From Macrostomum lignano (Eukaryota), in assembly GCA_002269645.1 (NCBI GenBank), contig NIVC01000845.1, forward strand, positions 1 through 64,000: DNA of 64,000 nucleotides, written 5' to 3'. The stretch's first letter is position 1. Every line of letters begins with the position of its first letter. A program made the translations under genes and the position numbers. This document shows positions 34,228 through 48,000 of this stretch, piece by piece. Below the pieces are notes generated by a model. That model did not search any database and had not been told where the DNA came from. It saw only the letters and a program-made list of their open reading frames with translations.

Positions 34228-34860
34228 CGATCTTGGGAGCTTTGAAGACCCGACTTTGGGATTTTTAAGACCTGATTTTTGGGAACTTTGAAGACCCGAT
34301 TTTTGGGAGCTTTGAAGACCCGATTTTTGGGAGCTTTGAAGACCCGATTTTGGGAACTTTGAAGACCCAATTTTGGGAGCTTTGAAGACCCGATTTTTGG
34401 GAACTTTGAAGACCCGATTTTGGGAACTTTGAAGACCCTTTTTTGGGAACTTTGAAGACCTTTTTTGGGAACTTTGAAGACCCGATTTTTTGGGAACTTT
34501 GAAGACCCGATTTTTGGGAACTTTGAAGACCCGATTTTGGGAACTTTGAAGAACCAATTTTTGGGAACTTTGAAGAACCAATTTTGGGGAACTTTGAAGA
34601 CCAGATTTTTGGGAACTTTGAAGACCCGATTTTTGGGAACTTTGAAGACCTTTTTTGGGAACTTTGAAGGACCAATTTTTGGGAACTTTGAAGACCCGAT
34701 TTTTTGGGAACTTTGAAGACCCGATTTTTGGGACTTTGAAGACCCGATTTTTGGGAATTTCGAAGACCTGATTTTGGGGACTTTAAAGACCCGATTTTGG
34801 GAGCTTTGAATAACCTTTTTGGGAGCTTTGAAGAACTATTTTGGAGCTTTGAAGACAGAT
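34228..34860. repeat. ~24-bp minisatellite (GGGAACTTTGAAGACCCGATTTTT)
   Basis: Runs up to the gap. Confidence 0.95.
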
Positions 34861-34869
34861 TTGTGTCCA

Positions 34870-35314
34870 NNNNNNNNNNNNNNNNNNNNNNNNNNNNNNN
34901 NNNNNNNNNNNNNNNNNNNNNNNNNNNNNNNNNNNNNNNNNNNNNNNNNNNNNNNNNNNNNNNNNNNNNNNNNNNNNNNNNNNNNNNNNNNNNNNNNNNN
35001 NNNNNNNNNNNNNNNNNNNNNNNNNNNNNNNNNNNNNNNNNNNNNNNNNNNNNNNNNNNNNNNNNNNNNNNNNNNNNNNNNNNNNNNNNNNNNNNNNNNN
35101 NNNNNNNNNNNNNNNNNNNNNNNNNNNNNNNNNNNNNNNNNNNNNNNNNNNNNNNNNNNNNNNNNNNNNNNNNNNNNNNNNNNNNNNNNNNNNNNNNNNN
35201 NNNNNNNNNNNNNNNNNNNNNNNNNNNNNNNNNNNNNNNNNNNNNNNNNNNNNNNNNNNNNNNNNNNNNNNNNNNNNNNNNNNNNNNNNNNNNNNNNNNN
35301 NNNNNNNNNNNNNN
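34870..35314. other. Assembly gap (445 N)
   Basis: N-run flanked by two different tandem arrays. Confidence 1.
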
Positions 35315-35714
35315 GATATGGGATCTGAATCTATGGATATGGGATCTGAATCTATAGATATGGGATCTGAATCTATGGATATGGGATCTGAATCTACAGA
35401 TATGGGATCTGAATCTACAGATATGGGATCTGAATCTACAGATATGGGATCTGAATCTATGGATATGGGATCTGAATCTACAGATATGGGATCTGAATCT
35501 ACAGATATGGGATCTGAATCTATAGATATGGGATCTGAATCTATAGATATGGGATCTGAATCTATAGATATGGGATCTGAATCTATAGATATGGGATCTG
35601 AATCTATAGATATGGGATCTGAATCTATAGATATGGGATCTGAATCTATAGATATGGGATCTGAATCTATAGATATTGGATCTGAATCTATGAATATGGG
35701 ATCTGAATCTATGG
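35315..35714. repeat. 21-bp minisatellite (GATATGGGATCTGAATCTATA)
   Basis: About 19 copies. Confidence 0.95.
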
Positions 35715-35752
35715 ATTTATTTATCAACAAGCCAGCGGGCAGTCGCGCAGAC

Positions 35753-36129
35753 CTTTCTATGGTGACCGCGCCGTTTGGTGACTCTGGACGTCTCGCCAAT
35801 CGGCGCGTCCGCAATCGACGATTCGCCGATTCGCGCGGCAGCGGCACCGGCCGCCGACGACGCCGCCGGGGAGCTCAGAGCCGCGGATGACGTCGCAGCG
35901 TTGCCCGCCAGTCCGCCGCCGCTGCCGGAGCCGCCGCCGGTTCATCCGTCTGGATGAAGTCGGTGCCGTCCGAGCGAGACCGGTTGCTACGATTCTTCGG
36001 ACTAAGCCGCGTCATTGAGGTGCGGTTGCCTAGCAACGGTTGATCAACGCCGGCTCCGGCGGACTGTTGCAGTCCGGGCTCGGATTCGCGCGAGTTCAAG
36101 CCGTTGATGAGAAGCTGGGCCGGCTCCAT
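35753..36129 (-). CDS. Probable first coding exon of the ADIPOR gene (low-complexity N-terminus, apparent frameshift near 35940)
   Basis: GC-rich island with ATG at 36129 (MEPAQLL...). An Ala/Ser-rich frame ends at AAG|gtctgc (35753). Position and strand fit the ADIPOR 5' end, but no conserved motif is visible. Confidence 0.45.
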
Positions 36130-36364
36130 CGGCTCCAGAGTGTCGGGTGCGCTTGGGGATTGCTGAAGACGGTAACAAGAGATATGATGGTAACCAACTG
36201 CTGATAAACATTTTAGAGGTTATAATTTCGAAGTCTAATATAAGTTTCACAATTTTCAAAAAATAAACATCAACCTCAATACAGATTGTGCTATCTGTTT
36301 GAAAACATTTGAACTCTTTCTAATGGCCTTAAAACCCATCCATGAGGGTCCATAAAGCCGCTTT

Positions 36365-36945
36365 CAATGGCCCTGAAATCGATCTAGGTACTCCGGCACT
36401 CATCCAATGGCCCTGAAACCTATCTAGGGACTCCGGCATTCATCCAATGACCCTGAAACCGATCTAGGGACTCCGGCACTCATCCAATGGCCCTGAAACC
36501 TATCTAGGGACTCCGGCACTCATCCAATGGCCCTGAAACCTATCTAGGGACTCCGGCACTCATCCAATGACCCTGAAACCGATCTAGGGACTCCGGCACT
36601 CATCCAATGGCCCTGAAACCGATCTAGGGACTCCGGCACTCATCCAATGGCCCTGAAACCTATCTAGGGACTCCGGCACTCATCCAATGACCCTGAAACC
36701 GATCTAGGGACTCCGGCACTAATCCAATGACCCTGAAACCGATCTAGGGACTCCGGCACTCATCCAATGGCCCTGAAACCTATCTAGGGACTCCGGCACT
36801 CATCCAATGACCCTGAAACCGATCTAGGGACTCCGGCAGTCATCCAATGGCCTTGAAACTGATCTAGGGACTCCGGCACTCATCCAATGACCCTGAAACC
36901 GATCTAGGGACTCTTGACACCCATCCAATGACCCCGAAATCCATC
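36365..36945. repeat. 40-bp minisatellite (CATCCAATGGCCCTGAAACCGATCTAGGGACTCCGGCACT)
   Basis: About 14 copies. Confidence 0.95.
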
Positions 36946-37849
36946 TAGAGACATACAAGGCTTTTAAACCTACCGAAAAAGCCTAATAAACATTTCAATC
37001 TAATTACTCTGAAACGACTTTAACACCTATTCCATGAATAAAATGAATAATAACAGTCCCAGTTAGCAACGCTCAAAATTCACTCACTGAGAACGAGAAC
37101 GAAAGGAATAAATTTAGCTTTTAATAAGCGATGTTGCTGACTATTGATTTTCTCTCTAACAAGTTTGGTGGGTATAGAATAGCGTAACTAAGCTGCAGTC
37201 AGTTATATGGCCCTGAAATACCAGGACAGATCAAAGGGCAACAGGGTAAGAGCTTTTTCTGAGCACTGACTCTGGTAGTCAAACAGAGCTTTTGGACTCT
37301 GAGTCACTTGAGAGAAAGGGGAGAGAAGAAGGCAGAGACGCATAGAGTCACGTGTAATTCACTGCTCCAACAGTCAAAGTACATGCGATCAATGTGCAGT
37401 ACGAAGTAACACGGCGCGGCCCCACTTCTGTGTATCCACAAAGCGTGGACCTAAAGAACTCTAAAAGTGTCGGCTTGAAAGGTTGGTCATAAAAGTGGAA
37501 GGAGAGACAAGGGGAGAGGGCAATAAAAAGTTGCACTAATCCGTTAAAAAAAACCAGTATCTATACGGGCAGAATGCATTGGACACCCTGCCCCCAGAAG
37601 TAAACCCCATGTCGGACTGGCAACGAAAACCGGTTCAAGCTTTGGACCCCCCCCCCTACCTATGCTCGGCCTTATCTGTAGAAAATAAATTGCTTTCTTC
37701 CACCAAAACGCTTGCATGGAACATTGTGAGCAATATAGCTTAAAATAGATTTCTTGCTACAACTGTGAATGATTCACTAGTTGCAACGAATGCAGTACGT
37801 CGCTTTATCTGAGCTCATTATTACCAAAACAGTACCCAAATCAGATCCC

Positions 37850-38110
37850 TGAAGGCTCCCAACCCCCTCTAATCCCTCAGGGGACTCCAATACCCCTTCT
37901 AACCCTTCAGCAAGCTCCAATACCCCATCTAATTCTTCAGGGATCCAATACCCGATCTAATTCTTCAGGGATCCAATACCCGATCTAATCCTTCAGGGAT
38001 CTAATGCCCCATCTAATCCTTCAGGGATCCAATACCCCTGTAATCCTTCAGGGATCCAATACCAGCTCTAATCTTTCAGGGGCTCAAATATCCCCTCTAA
38101 TCTTTCAGGG
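37850..38110. repeat. Degenerate ~29-bp repeat (ATCTAATCCTTCAGGGATCCAATACCC)
   Basis: About 8 diverged copies. Confidence 0.75.
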
Positions 38111-39606
38111 ACCCTCAGGGCTTGAAAATTGGCCTTCCTTAAGGGCAACTATACCAATGAGTATCAGACATCAGACTGGTGCTCTATATACTAACAAAAA
38201 TATATAGTTCCTAATTTTGGACACATTTTTATACTTCATAAAAAACTTAAGACTTAAAACATTAAAAACTTTAATTACAAACTTTTATCTTGAGTAAAAA
38301 ACTCAAAACATATAGATGAACACAAATGGCTCAAAGCATGGCAAAAACAAATTCCTATATATGTAGATCACACTAATAAATGAATAAATATAATGCATAT
38401 TATTTAAATTAAAGACACTTTGCTAGTTAAAGTAATTGAAAACTAATATAGACATCTTTCAAATTGTGTTTTCTGCTATAAATTACAAGCATTTCAATAA
38501 AAAAGTATTGATTAATAAATATGCAAAAGTTAGAAATAAAGATAGAATCAATTGATTTGAACCTCAGCCAATATTGATAGGACATGCCATGTTGGAATAT
38601 ATTTTAGTATTTCTTGCTGGTACAGATTGGTAATAAAATTTCACCAATTCTATCTTTGTCTTGTAGGTGATGAGTTCTTACTTTGCTATTTGATTATCTC
38701 TTTATTAGAGTTGGCAAGGAATTAGAATTTCAATTTACTTATAAAAACTATTGGAATATAGAACATTAAGCCTTTGATCATGGCTTTATAATCATTATGG
38801 ATCTTGTTTACTATTTCAATGAAATTGCCTATTTTATCATCTTAGAGCTACAAAAATGTTGTCATAAAACACTTGCAATGCTAAGCTGATCTAAGTTTTA
38901 TGAATACTAGATAGAAAGCATACTTTAATTATTACAGTAGTATGCTTGATAATGTGATGTAATTCAGCATTATGCTATTGACTCAGAAAACATTCGTTCA
39001 CTTTGCCTTTATTTTGGGTTGCCAATAAACTCTGATTAAATTCACAAGGTATATAATAAATGTTACTTTTTAAAAGGTAATAAAAGATAGCCTTAGTGCT
39101 ATGTGCATGATCTCTATTATCTCATAGCTTCAACTAACCATTATTAAACAGATTATCTCTCAAACAGATAGTAGATTCTTGGGTCTTGCATAAATTGACC
39201 TTTTATATCATTGACATGCTATGAGCCAATGCTTTGCATATATAACTATAATTTACATTATAAACTAATAGTGTATTAAAAAATTAGAATTTAAAAAATT
39301 TTTGGGGCTAGTAATATAAGTTGCCATAAGAGTCCTACAAAAAAGAAAAGATGAATATTCACTGTCTTTTATTGCTATCTAAGGTTGTATGATAGTGTCT
39401 AATATTGGGCATTAAAAAACAAATGAAGTAGCCTTTGAGTTTTTCATCATAATCTAAGCTATACTTATATTGAAACAATCACTATAAACAATTTTTGCTG
39501 ATTACTTTTAAGTGATTTTTCTCAATTCTACCTGTTCCGCTCTGTGCAGAACCACATAAATGGCCTGACATAATATCAATAAATGACCTTTTAAAGCATA
39601 TTTATT

Positions 39607-40448
39607 CAGTGTTAGGCACCATTAATATAAATCTTAACTTCCATTAATGACAAAATCATTAGCATTAAAACAAAAAATCTTAACTTATTAACTTTTAATT
39701 TCATTAAGTCAACTGAAAGTTAACTGATAATTGTTAATAAGTGTTAATTCTTAAAGTTAACACAGAAAATACAAAAATCTTGCATTTTTCCAAAACAGAC
39801 TTCTATAATGCACTGTCTTTGATTTTCCACCTTTTTAGCAAAACACAGAGGTCATCTAAAAGGATTTATAAGCTAAAAAGCAATAAATAATAATTTAAAA
39901 AACTTCCATATATAATATTACTAGAAGTAAGCATACAGTAAAAAAGTAACTTGTTTATTTGAAACTTAAAAGCTAATTAGTTAATAATACAATACAAATA
40001 GGAAGGTTGTTTCATTAGCATTAGCAGGCATAGTAGAAAGTTACAAAAGATTGGGAAAGAAGTGAATCAAAGTAATCAATGCTCATGTGCAAGCAATAAA
40101 GTTCACAATTTTAATTCATTATTAAATTTCATTAGTAAGAAGTTACATTTGCATGATTATTGTTATAAGCAAAGAGATTAATTTGGCATTAGTTTAGACA
40201 AATTTGAATATATTTGTAATGTTGTAACTTCTTGTCAGACTTATATTTTTGTTCTTTCTTTATGTCTTTGGTCATTAGCATTGCCATTAATATTAACAAT
40301 GAATTTGTCATTAACTCACAAAATTATTAATGTAAATTTGTTAATCTGTTAGTTCAAAAAAATCTTAACAGCAGTCTATTAATGTTAAAAAAAATCTTAA
40401 CACTTATTAACAGATTAATGCTTATTAATGTACTGGTGCCCAACACTG
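39607..40448. mobile_element. Non-autonomous hAT-type DNA transposon (CAGTGTT termini)
   Basis: CAGTGTTAGGCACC...GGTGCCCAACACTG. 8-bp TSD TATTTATT/TATTTAAT. Subterminal TTAAC-rich inverted motifs. Confidence 0.75.
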
Positions 40449-40479
40449 TATTTAATAACCTTTAAAACTTTGTCCAACT

Positions 40480-40975
40480 TGGAATATTCTGACCATTATT
40501 CCAACTTTTATTCAGACTGATTATTAAATATATAGCAAGAGTCTGAATACCATTCTGACTCTTAATTCCAACTGATAATTTAATACATTGCAAGAGTCTG
40601 AATATCATTCCAACTCTTAATTCTAGCTGATTATTAAATACATTGAAGAGTCTAAATATCATTCCCACTCTTTTTTTGACTGCTTATTTAATTCATTGCT
40701 AATATGTATTTTTACTTAGAGCTAAACTAAATAAACACTGAATAAACATAAAGTCTTCAAGTTTTCTAAATAAGAGTCAGAATGATATTTAGACTCTTAC
40801 AATGTATTAAATTATCAGTTGGAATAAGATTCAGAATGATAGTTAGACTCTTACAATGTATTTATTAATCAGTTGGAATAAAAGTCGGAATGGTATTCAG
40901 ACTCTTGCAATGCATTTATCAATCAGTCAGAATAAGAGTTGGCATATTCTGGCCATTATTCCAACTGGTAATTTA
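40480..40975. repeat. Foldback: ~60-bp units in two inverted arms
   Basis: 40480-40670 (CAAGAGTCTGAATA..CATTC) is the approximate reverse complement of 40775-40975 (GAATG..TTCAGACTCTTG). Confidence 0.75.
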
Positions 40976-42753
40976 ATCACATTGACATTAGCAGCATTAC
41001 GAGTCAGAATAATGGTTATAATATTCCAAGTCAAACAAAGTTTAAAAGGTTATTTAATTAAGGGGTATTACAAAATTTGCCAGATTAATACTTATATATA
41101 AATAACTTTTGCTATATTTGGCTAAAACTAAACTTATTTATATTTACTTGGTTTATAATAGAAAATCTTTAAGCTAAGATTTTATATTTTTATACACATC
41201 AGATAGCCTTATGCCCTTAGAATGTCAAAATAATGAGGTTAGCAAAGTTTTAGAGCTAAAAAACCACTTAAACTAAAGCCTAGTAAAGGTTAAAAATATA
41301 CAGCTTTTGTCTTGTTGATTGCCTTAGTCTGAAATTTTAGAAAGAACAAAGTAGAGTTACATTTAGCTCTGCATAAATTTTCTGTTACTTTAGAAATGCC
41401 AACTGGACATAGTAGTACTAGTTTGGTATAGGAAGCAAAAATGAAAAAGATAGGCCTAACAAAAACAAAAAATAATAAGAAAAACAAAGCAAGTTGCAAA
41501 AATGGCAACAGCAAACTAAGTCGCAATTTGGTCAAATCTGTCACTTGGCCAGTGTAACTGCAGATGTTGTGCTTGTATCGTTGTATGTGAGTTAGTTAGT
41601 CCTTCTTTTGCAATAAATAAGAATGAACTGTATAAAAACATCTCATTAATGACACTGAAGCTGTAAGAACGGTAAGTGACTAATCTTACAACTTTGTATT
41701 AAACATGAAATTATCCTGAGATTTTTCATTGCTAATGACAAATTGTAAATGAAAACTAGCCTACCGTTTAACTTAAAACTTGGACAATTTTTGTTACTTT
41801 TTGAAAAAAAATATAGCTGGCGTTAAAATACTAGTAGTGGCTTCCCAGGAAACCCCTTTTTATGTTTTTGAACTCAAAGAGTGAGATTTTTTATTAAAAA
41901 TTAGTTGTGCTAAGCCAATGCTAATCAACAGACAATCAACAACATATCTTTTATCTATCTTAGCTCTGCACAGCTTGCGTTTTAATATAAAAAAATCTGA
42001 CCCGCGATAAAAAATAAGAAATTAAAAAAGCTAACAGCTGTTGTGCGCACAATAACAAAATGCAAATTTATATTTGCTTTAAAAAGGAGGTAGACAAAAC
42101 AAAATCTTTTAAGATATTTAATATCTGTTTTATATTTCAAATGGATTATAACTGTCTGAATTTTCCTACAGTAGTATTTGCTGTTGGAGGTTTTATCTAA
42201 AATTTAAAGTGCATTTTTATCAGCTTTTTTAGAACTTGCTACGACCCAGAGCAAGATTATAATACATTATTAATTTAAAATTTCGCATATTACGAATACA
42301 ATTTTCTTGAAACACATTCTGATTGCATTTAAATTCTGTAAGTGCCTATTTATGTGTACTGTGTTTTAACCTTTTAACTACGTACAACACACAAAAAAAT
42401 AAGATTTGCTTTTGAATTAATATTCAATAATACGGTTAATAATGTACTCATTACGAAGTTGTCTAATTAAATCACTTTTATTTCGACCATTTATATAACG
42501 AATTCTTACAGAAAGAAAAATTCATCTTTGCTTTATATTTGTCCTTAATTAATAATTACTCATTTGCCTTCGATAAAAAATTTAAAAAGATAAAAGACTT
42601 GCGTATTCCCAGTTGCAGTTGATCGTTTATAATCCTAGATTACTTTTTTATTTTTTGTGATGGATAAAAAATCGAACCAAAAAAGCTTTAACCCTTCTAG
42701 AGACAAGACTGGAGTGTGGCCACTCTTTGCTTATAACATTTCAGGCGCAGAAA

Positions 42754-45098
42754 ATGGCGCTAATTACGCACGTTCAGCCGAAAAATATCTGGGAGGAAAT
42801 ATGCAAAGGTGAGCTAACTTGACTTGTAAAGAGTAAAATCATTGATGCTTGTATCGAAGTGTAATAGAATATTATCGTTATTTTTCCATCACCAACTGTC
42901 ACAGAGGCCCGGTCAATGCGACCTCCATTCCCCGACGAAGACGCGCAGTCCGCGTCAACTACCAAGTCCGACTACGACCCGAAAAAGCACACGCCAGTGT
43001 TCTACGGCAAACTGCACCACCAACTGCCGTGCAACGACGGTTCTCTGGACTTCGATCCAGCCGTCTCCCACCCAGCTACATTCGGTTTTGCGCTGCTCGA
43101 CCGGCCACCACAGCCGCCGCCGGAGCCGCCGTGTCCCCCGCCAGATAGAAAGAAGTGCTCGCCAAGGGAATACCTTGAGCACTACGTGTTCCCAACTCTG
43201 CTGCCAGCCATGGAGGCGATGCTGCAGACGGCCGGAGAAGAGCGCTGCTTTGATGTAAGAATTGATCAACAGCGGAGGGCAGAAAGATTTCAATTAATAA
43301 AAATAGAGCTCAAATATGATTTCTATAAGGACTCATCTTACACAAAAGTAGTAGGAAAAGGGTGCGATCTGATGCACGTCGCTGATTGGCTGGCGAGGGG
43401 AAGGCCCTGGAGGTGGGGTGGGTATGCCGGAGGTGGGGTGGGTATGCCGGAGGTGGGGTGGGGCAGAGCAAAGTTGGCCAGCCAATCAGCGAAGGGGGAG
43501 GCCCTGGAGGTGAGGTGGGTGTGCTGGAGGTGGGGTGGGGGCAGAACGAAGTTGGCTAGTCGTACCCTTGTCCTACTACTCAGACAGATAAAAATATTGT
43601 ACTTAAACCTATTTAGCTTCAGTGCGAATGAGAATTTAGGAGACTTCAAACAACAGCACGCTATCAGAGGGTCTTAAGATAAAAAAACGATAGCAGCGTC
43701 AGAGAGCGCGCCTCGAAGACTGGGTGCCAACTTAGATCGAGTCCTGGGCACCAGAGTCAGCCAGCAAGGCAGTCAGTCGACGAAGCGCCGAGTCTTCATC
43801 ATCATCAGCACCTCTTGCACCTACTGTGGGCAGTACGACAATAAGCGCGGATGAAATGGGCTGCTAGCTGGAGTCGCTGACTGGAGCCATTGAATCCGTT
43901 GACTTTCTTTTGTCGATAAAAGGAAAATTAAATAACCATATCTCACGTATGCTGCTGATTCGTTAGTAGACAGAACTCAATTACACCAGCCGACTCGACA
44001 AACCCTCAGCGGAAGCGAACCAAATTCAACGCCTGCGACTTCCTCACCGAGTACCTGTACGCCAACAACCCCGCCCATCCCGAGCGTCGCGGCACTCGCC
44101 TCGCCGATGTTCCGTTCGTACGCGACGAGTGGGAGAGAAATCCTCGCCCGCCGCTGCCGCTGTCCGTCCTACTGAGCGACGATGAGGCGGTGCAGATCAT
44201 CCAGAACTACTGGCGCGGCTTTTTGGTGAGCTCATCATTCCCGCATGCTGACGCCAGAAACCAGATGGACCATTCACGCTTTTCAGATACATGTATTCTA
44301 GAGTCCCTAAGCCTTAATTTACCGACTATTGAGTAGTCCATGTACCAGCTCTGTACAAGCAGGGACTACTCAAGTAGAAGGACAGAAAACTAACATTTCT
44401 TGAAAAAATTTTGGAGGCAGGTTTTACCGAAAAAATACATTACGGATCGGAGATTGGAGGTTGCCATTTTGCAGCGCAAAAATCTTGATATTCTTAGCTA
44501 TCTGTCTTTCTTATATAGCTCTATGGATATTATAAAAGTTTTTTGTTTAGAAATTAGGATTTTATGGTAATTTATATCCTACCTACATGTCTTATTCATA
44601 AAAAAATCATATTCAAATTTTCTAAGCAAAAAGTTTTATGAATGTCAATGGAGCTATGAGAATGGTTTAAGGTATGAAAAGATGAACATAGCTAAAACAT
44701 ACTAAAAAGAGGAAACCCAGTAGAAATGTGTACTGCACAAGCTGTACTGCATGTATAACACCTGGCTTATCTCAACCAACGACAACTTATTAAAGGTGCG
44801 CCGCGACCCGGAGGTCCAGGAGCTGCGCCAGTGGCAGCGAGAATGGCGCGAGACCAACCGCGACGCCAGGCGCAGCGTCAGCGAATTCTGGGAGCAGCGC
44901 ATGGGCCCGGACTCGTCACCGAGGAACGACGACGACAACCAAGCGACAAAAGGTGATTCGACAGCTGCCGCAGCCTGTGTTGATGATGCCACAAAGGAAG
45001 CTGGAGATGAAGGCCAGCGTCCTCTAGCGGAGCTGCACACCACCCTGGACTACAACAAGGACGACCGAGGCATCATCTCGCCGAAGCTGAGCGAGTGA
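42754..45098 (+). CDS. IQCK: IQ motif-containing protein K
   Basis: Exons 42754-42808, 42905-43254, 44010-44225, 44796-45098. Peptides KNIWEEICKE, CSPREYLEHYVFPTLLP, RKRTKFNACDFLTEYLY.NNP, IQNYWRGFLVRRDPEVQELRQWQ (IQ motif) match recalled IQCK. Confidence 0.93.
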
Positions 45099-45539
45099 CC
45101 AGCTAATAATCTACATTGATAGAATTTCCGGCCTGCGGATGTTACAGAATCCAAATTGAAAACTTTTTTCGGCAGTATAACAATAGCCTACTAAAAGTAG
45201 CTAGTGTCATTGTGATTCGTTTTTCTCCTGTTAAATTCTGTACATTCATTTCTTTCTAAACAGACAGCAAGCTGCCTTTGTTTAATTTAAACAAGCTATT
45301 AGATGTATGCAGAATGATGAAGAACAATTATAAAGTGCCTATGAGACAACGCTTTAAAACATATAACCAAAGTTGTTTTTTATGGAATTAAAAATTACTT
45401 AAAGTCATTTCAGGTTTTATTTATTTTCGAGACCATCTTAGACTGCCATGTATTCACTCGAATTATCATTCAATATACTAAAAATGAGTATGGAAATTTA
45501 TTCAATCACGCCTAGCTACAATCGCTCTTACCAACCCAG

Positions 45540-46080
45540 GTGAACTTACCTTGGCACCCAGGTAAACTTAGCAAATAGGTGAAAACGCGCATTGCTATCC
45601 GGGATAACCTGCCTTAGCAACCAGGTAAATACGCATTACTATCCAGGATAAACCTCCCTTTGTGCAACCAGGTAAATACGCAATTGCTATCCAGGATAAT
45701 CTATAGCTTCCTTAGCAACCAGGTGAATACGCACTAATCTAAGAAAATCTCCCATAGCAACCAGGTGAATACGCATTACTATCATGGATAATCTTCCTTA
45801 GCAACCAGGTGAATACGCATTACTATCCAAAATAACCTTCCTTAGCAACCAGGTGAATACGCATTACTATCCAAGATAACCTCCCTTAGCAACCAGGTGA
45901 ATAAGCATTACTATCCAGGATAATCTCCCTTAGCAACCAGGTGAATACGTATTACTATCCAGGATAATCTCCCTTAGCAACCAGGTGAATACGCATTACT
46001 ATCCAGGATAATCTTCCGTAGCAACCAGGACCAGGTGAATACGCAATTTACTATCCAGGATAATCTTTCTTAGCAACCAA
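45540..46080. repeat. ~43-bp minisatellite (TTAGCAACCAGGTGAATACGCATTACTATCCAGGATAATCTCC)
   Basis: Downstream of the IQCK stop. Confidence 0.9.
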
Positions 46081-46729
46081 GGGACAAAAGTACAAAGCAG
46101 AACTTATTTTATTCACAATGATGGCAAGATGCTAACTTGCTAAAGCTTGTCTCTTCGCAGGTAAACTATTTATTTATCAATCAAAGCACCTTTTTCATTT
46201 GCTCGCTTAATTAAACTTCGACTGCTTTTCAGATAAAAAGAATTACGGCATAGAGAAAGATTGCCACGAAAACTGTTAACGTATAGGGGTTCGGTTTTGC
46301 ATTTTTGCTTGAGAAAAAAAACAAATTTTAAAGAAACAATTTTGAAGTTATTAAATAAAAATGCTGAAAAATTGCAGATTTAGTAGATAAATAAGTATTG
46401 ATATACAGATATAAGTAGAAAGTGCAATGCAAGAGCCAATGGGGAATCGTGCAGTCAGGGGAAGTGGAGCATTCGATTTACTAGCCAAATATCGGGTTGG
46501 GGAGCAAACACTGGGGAATGAATGGCGCAAAAAGCGGGGCACTGGATAAGCTGCTGGCTCAGTGACTGACGCCAGAATTGCATACTGAATATTAAAAGGC
46601 TATTTGACAAAAAAGCTATTTCAATCCACGAATTACAGTATGCTTGTAGCCCAGACAGAAGGGAATGCCGTTCAAGATGCAGAGCAGGGGGATTTCATGG
46701 GATTTTTGGGATTTCAAAATTGAGTCTGG

Positions 46730-48000
46730 ATTGCCGGGATTTTGGGAGTTCATAATTGTGATCTAGATTGTCGGGATTTCATAATTGGGATCTGGATTGT
46801 CGAGATCTTGTAATTGGGATCTGGATTGTCGAGATCTTGTAATTGGGATCTGGATTGTCGGGATTTCATAATTGGGATCTGGATTGTCGGGAGTTCATGA
46901 TTGGGATCTGGATTGTCGGGATTTCATAATTGGGATCTGGATTGTCGGGATTTCATATTTGAGATCTGGATTGTCGGGATTTCATATTTGAGATCTGGAT
47001 TGTCGGGAGTTCATGATTGGGATCTGGATTGTCGGGATTTCATAATTGGGATCTGGATTGTCGGGATTTCATATTTGAGATCTGGATTGTCGGGATTTCA
47101 TAATTGGAATCTGGATTGTCGGGAGTTCATGATTGGGATCTGGATTGTCGGGATTTCATAATTGGGATCTGGATTGTCGGGATTTCATAATTGGGATCTG
47201 GATTGTCGGGATTTCATAATTGGAATCTGGATTGTCGGGAGTTCATAATTGGGATCTGGATTGTCGGGATTTCATAATTGGGATTTGGATTGTCGAAATT
47301 TTGTAGTTGGGATCTGGATTGTCGAGATTTTGTAATTGGGATCTGGATTGTCGAAATTTTGTAATTGGGATCTGGATTGTCGGGATTCGGGGATTTCATA
47401 ATTTGAATCTGGATTGTGGGGATTTCATAATTGGGATTTGGATTGTCGGGATTTCAGGAGTTCATAATTGGGATCTGGATTGTCGGGATTTCATAATTGG
47501 GAACTCGATTGTCGGGATTTTGTAATTGGGATCTGGATTGTCGAGATTTTGTAATTGGGATCTGGATTGTCGAGATTTTGTAATTGGTATCTGGATTGTC
47601 GAGATTTTGTAGTTGGTATCTGGATATCGGGATTCGGGAATTTCATAATTGGGATCTGGATTGTCGGGATTCGGGATTTCATAAATTGGGATCTGGATTG
47701 TCGGGATTTCATAATCGGGATCTGGATTGTCGGGATTTCATAATTGGGATCTGGATTGTGGGGATTTCATAATTGGGATTTGGATTGTCGGGATTTCAGG
47801 AGTTTATAATTGGGATCTGGATTGTCGAGATTTTATAATTGGTATCTGGATTGTCGGGATTTCATAATTGGGATCTGGATTGTCGGGATTTCATAATTGG
47901 GATTTGGATTGTCGGGATTTCAGGAGTTCATAATTGGGATCTGGATTGTCGAGATTTTATAATTGGGATCTGGATTGTCGAGATTTTGGGGATTGTCGAA
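46730..48000. repeat. 29-bp minisatellite (ATTGGGATCTGGATTGTCGGGATTTCATA)
   Basis: ~1.3-kb array. Confidence 0.95.

Noticed and set aside
34783-35890. ORFs spanning the N-run
   Set aside because: Artefacts of the gap and the 21-bp repeat.
43380-43677. C-terminal extension of ORF 42916-43677 as IQCK coding sequence
   Set aside because: IQCK homology stops at the GAT|gtaaga donor (43254) and resumes at 44010; the extension is intron read-through.
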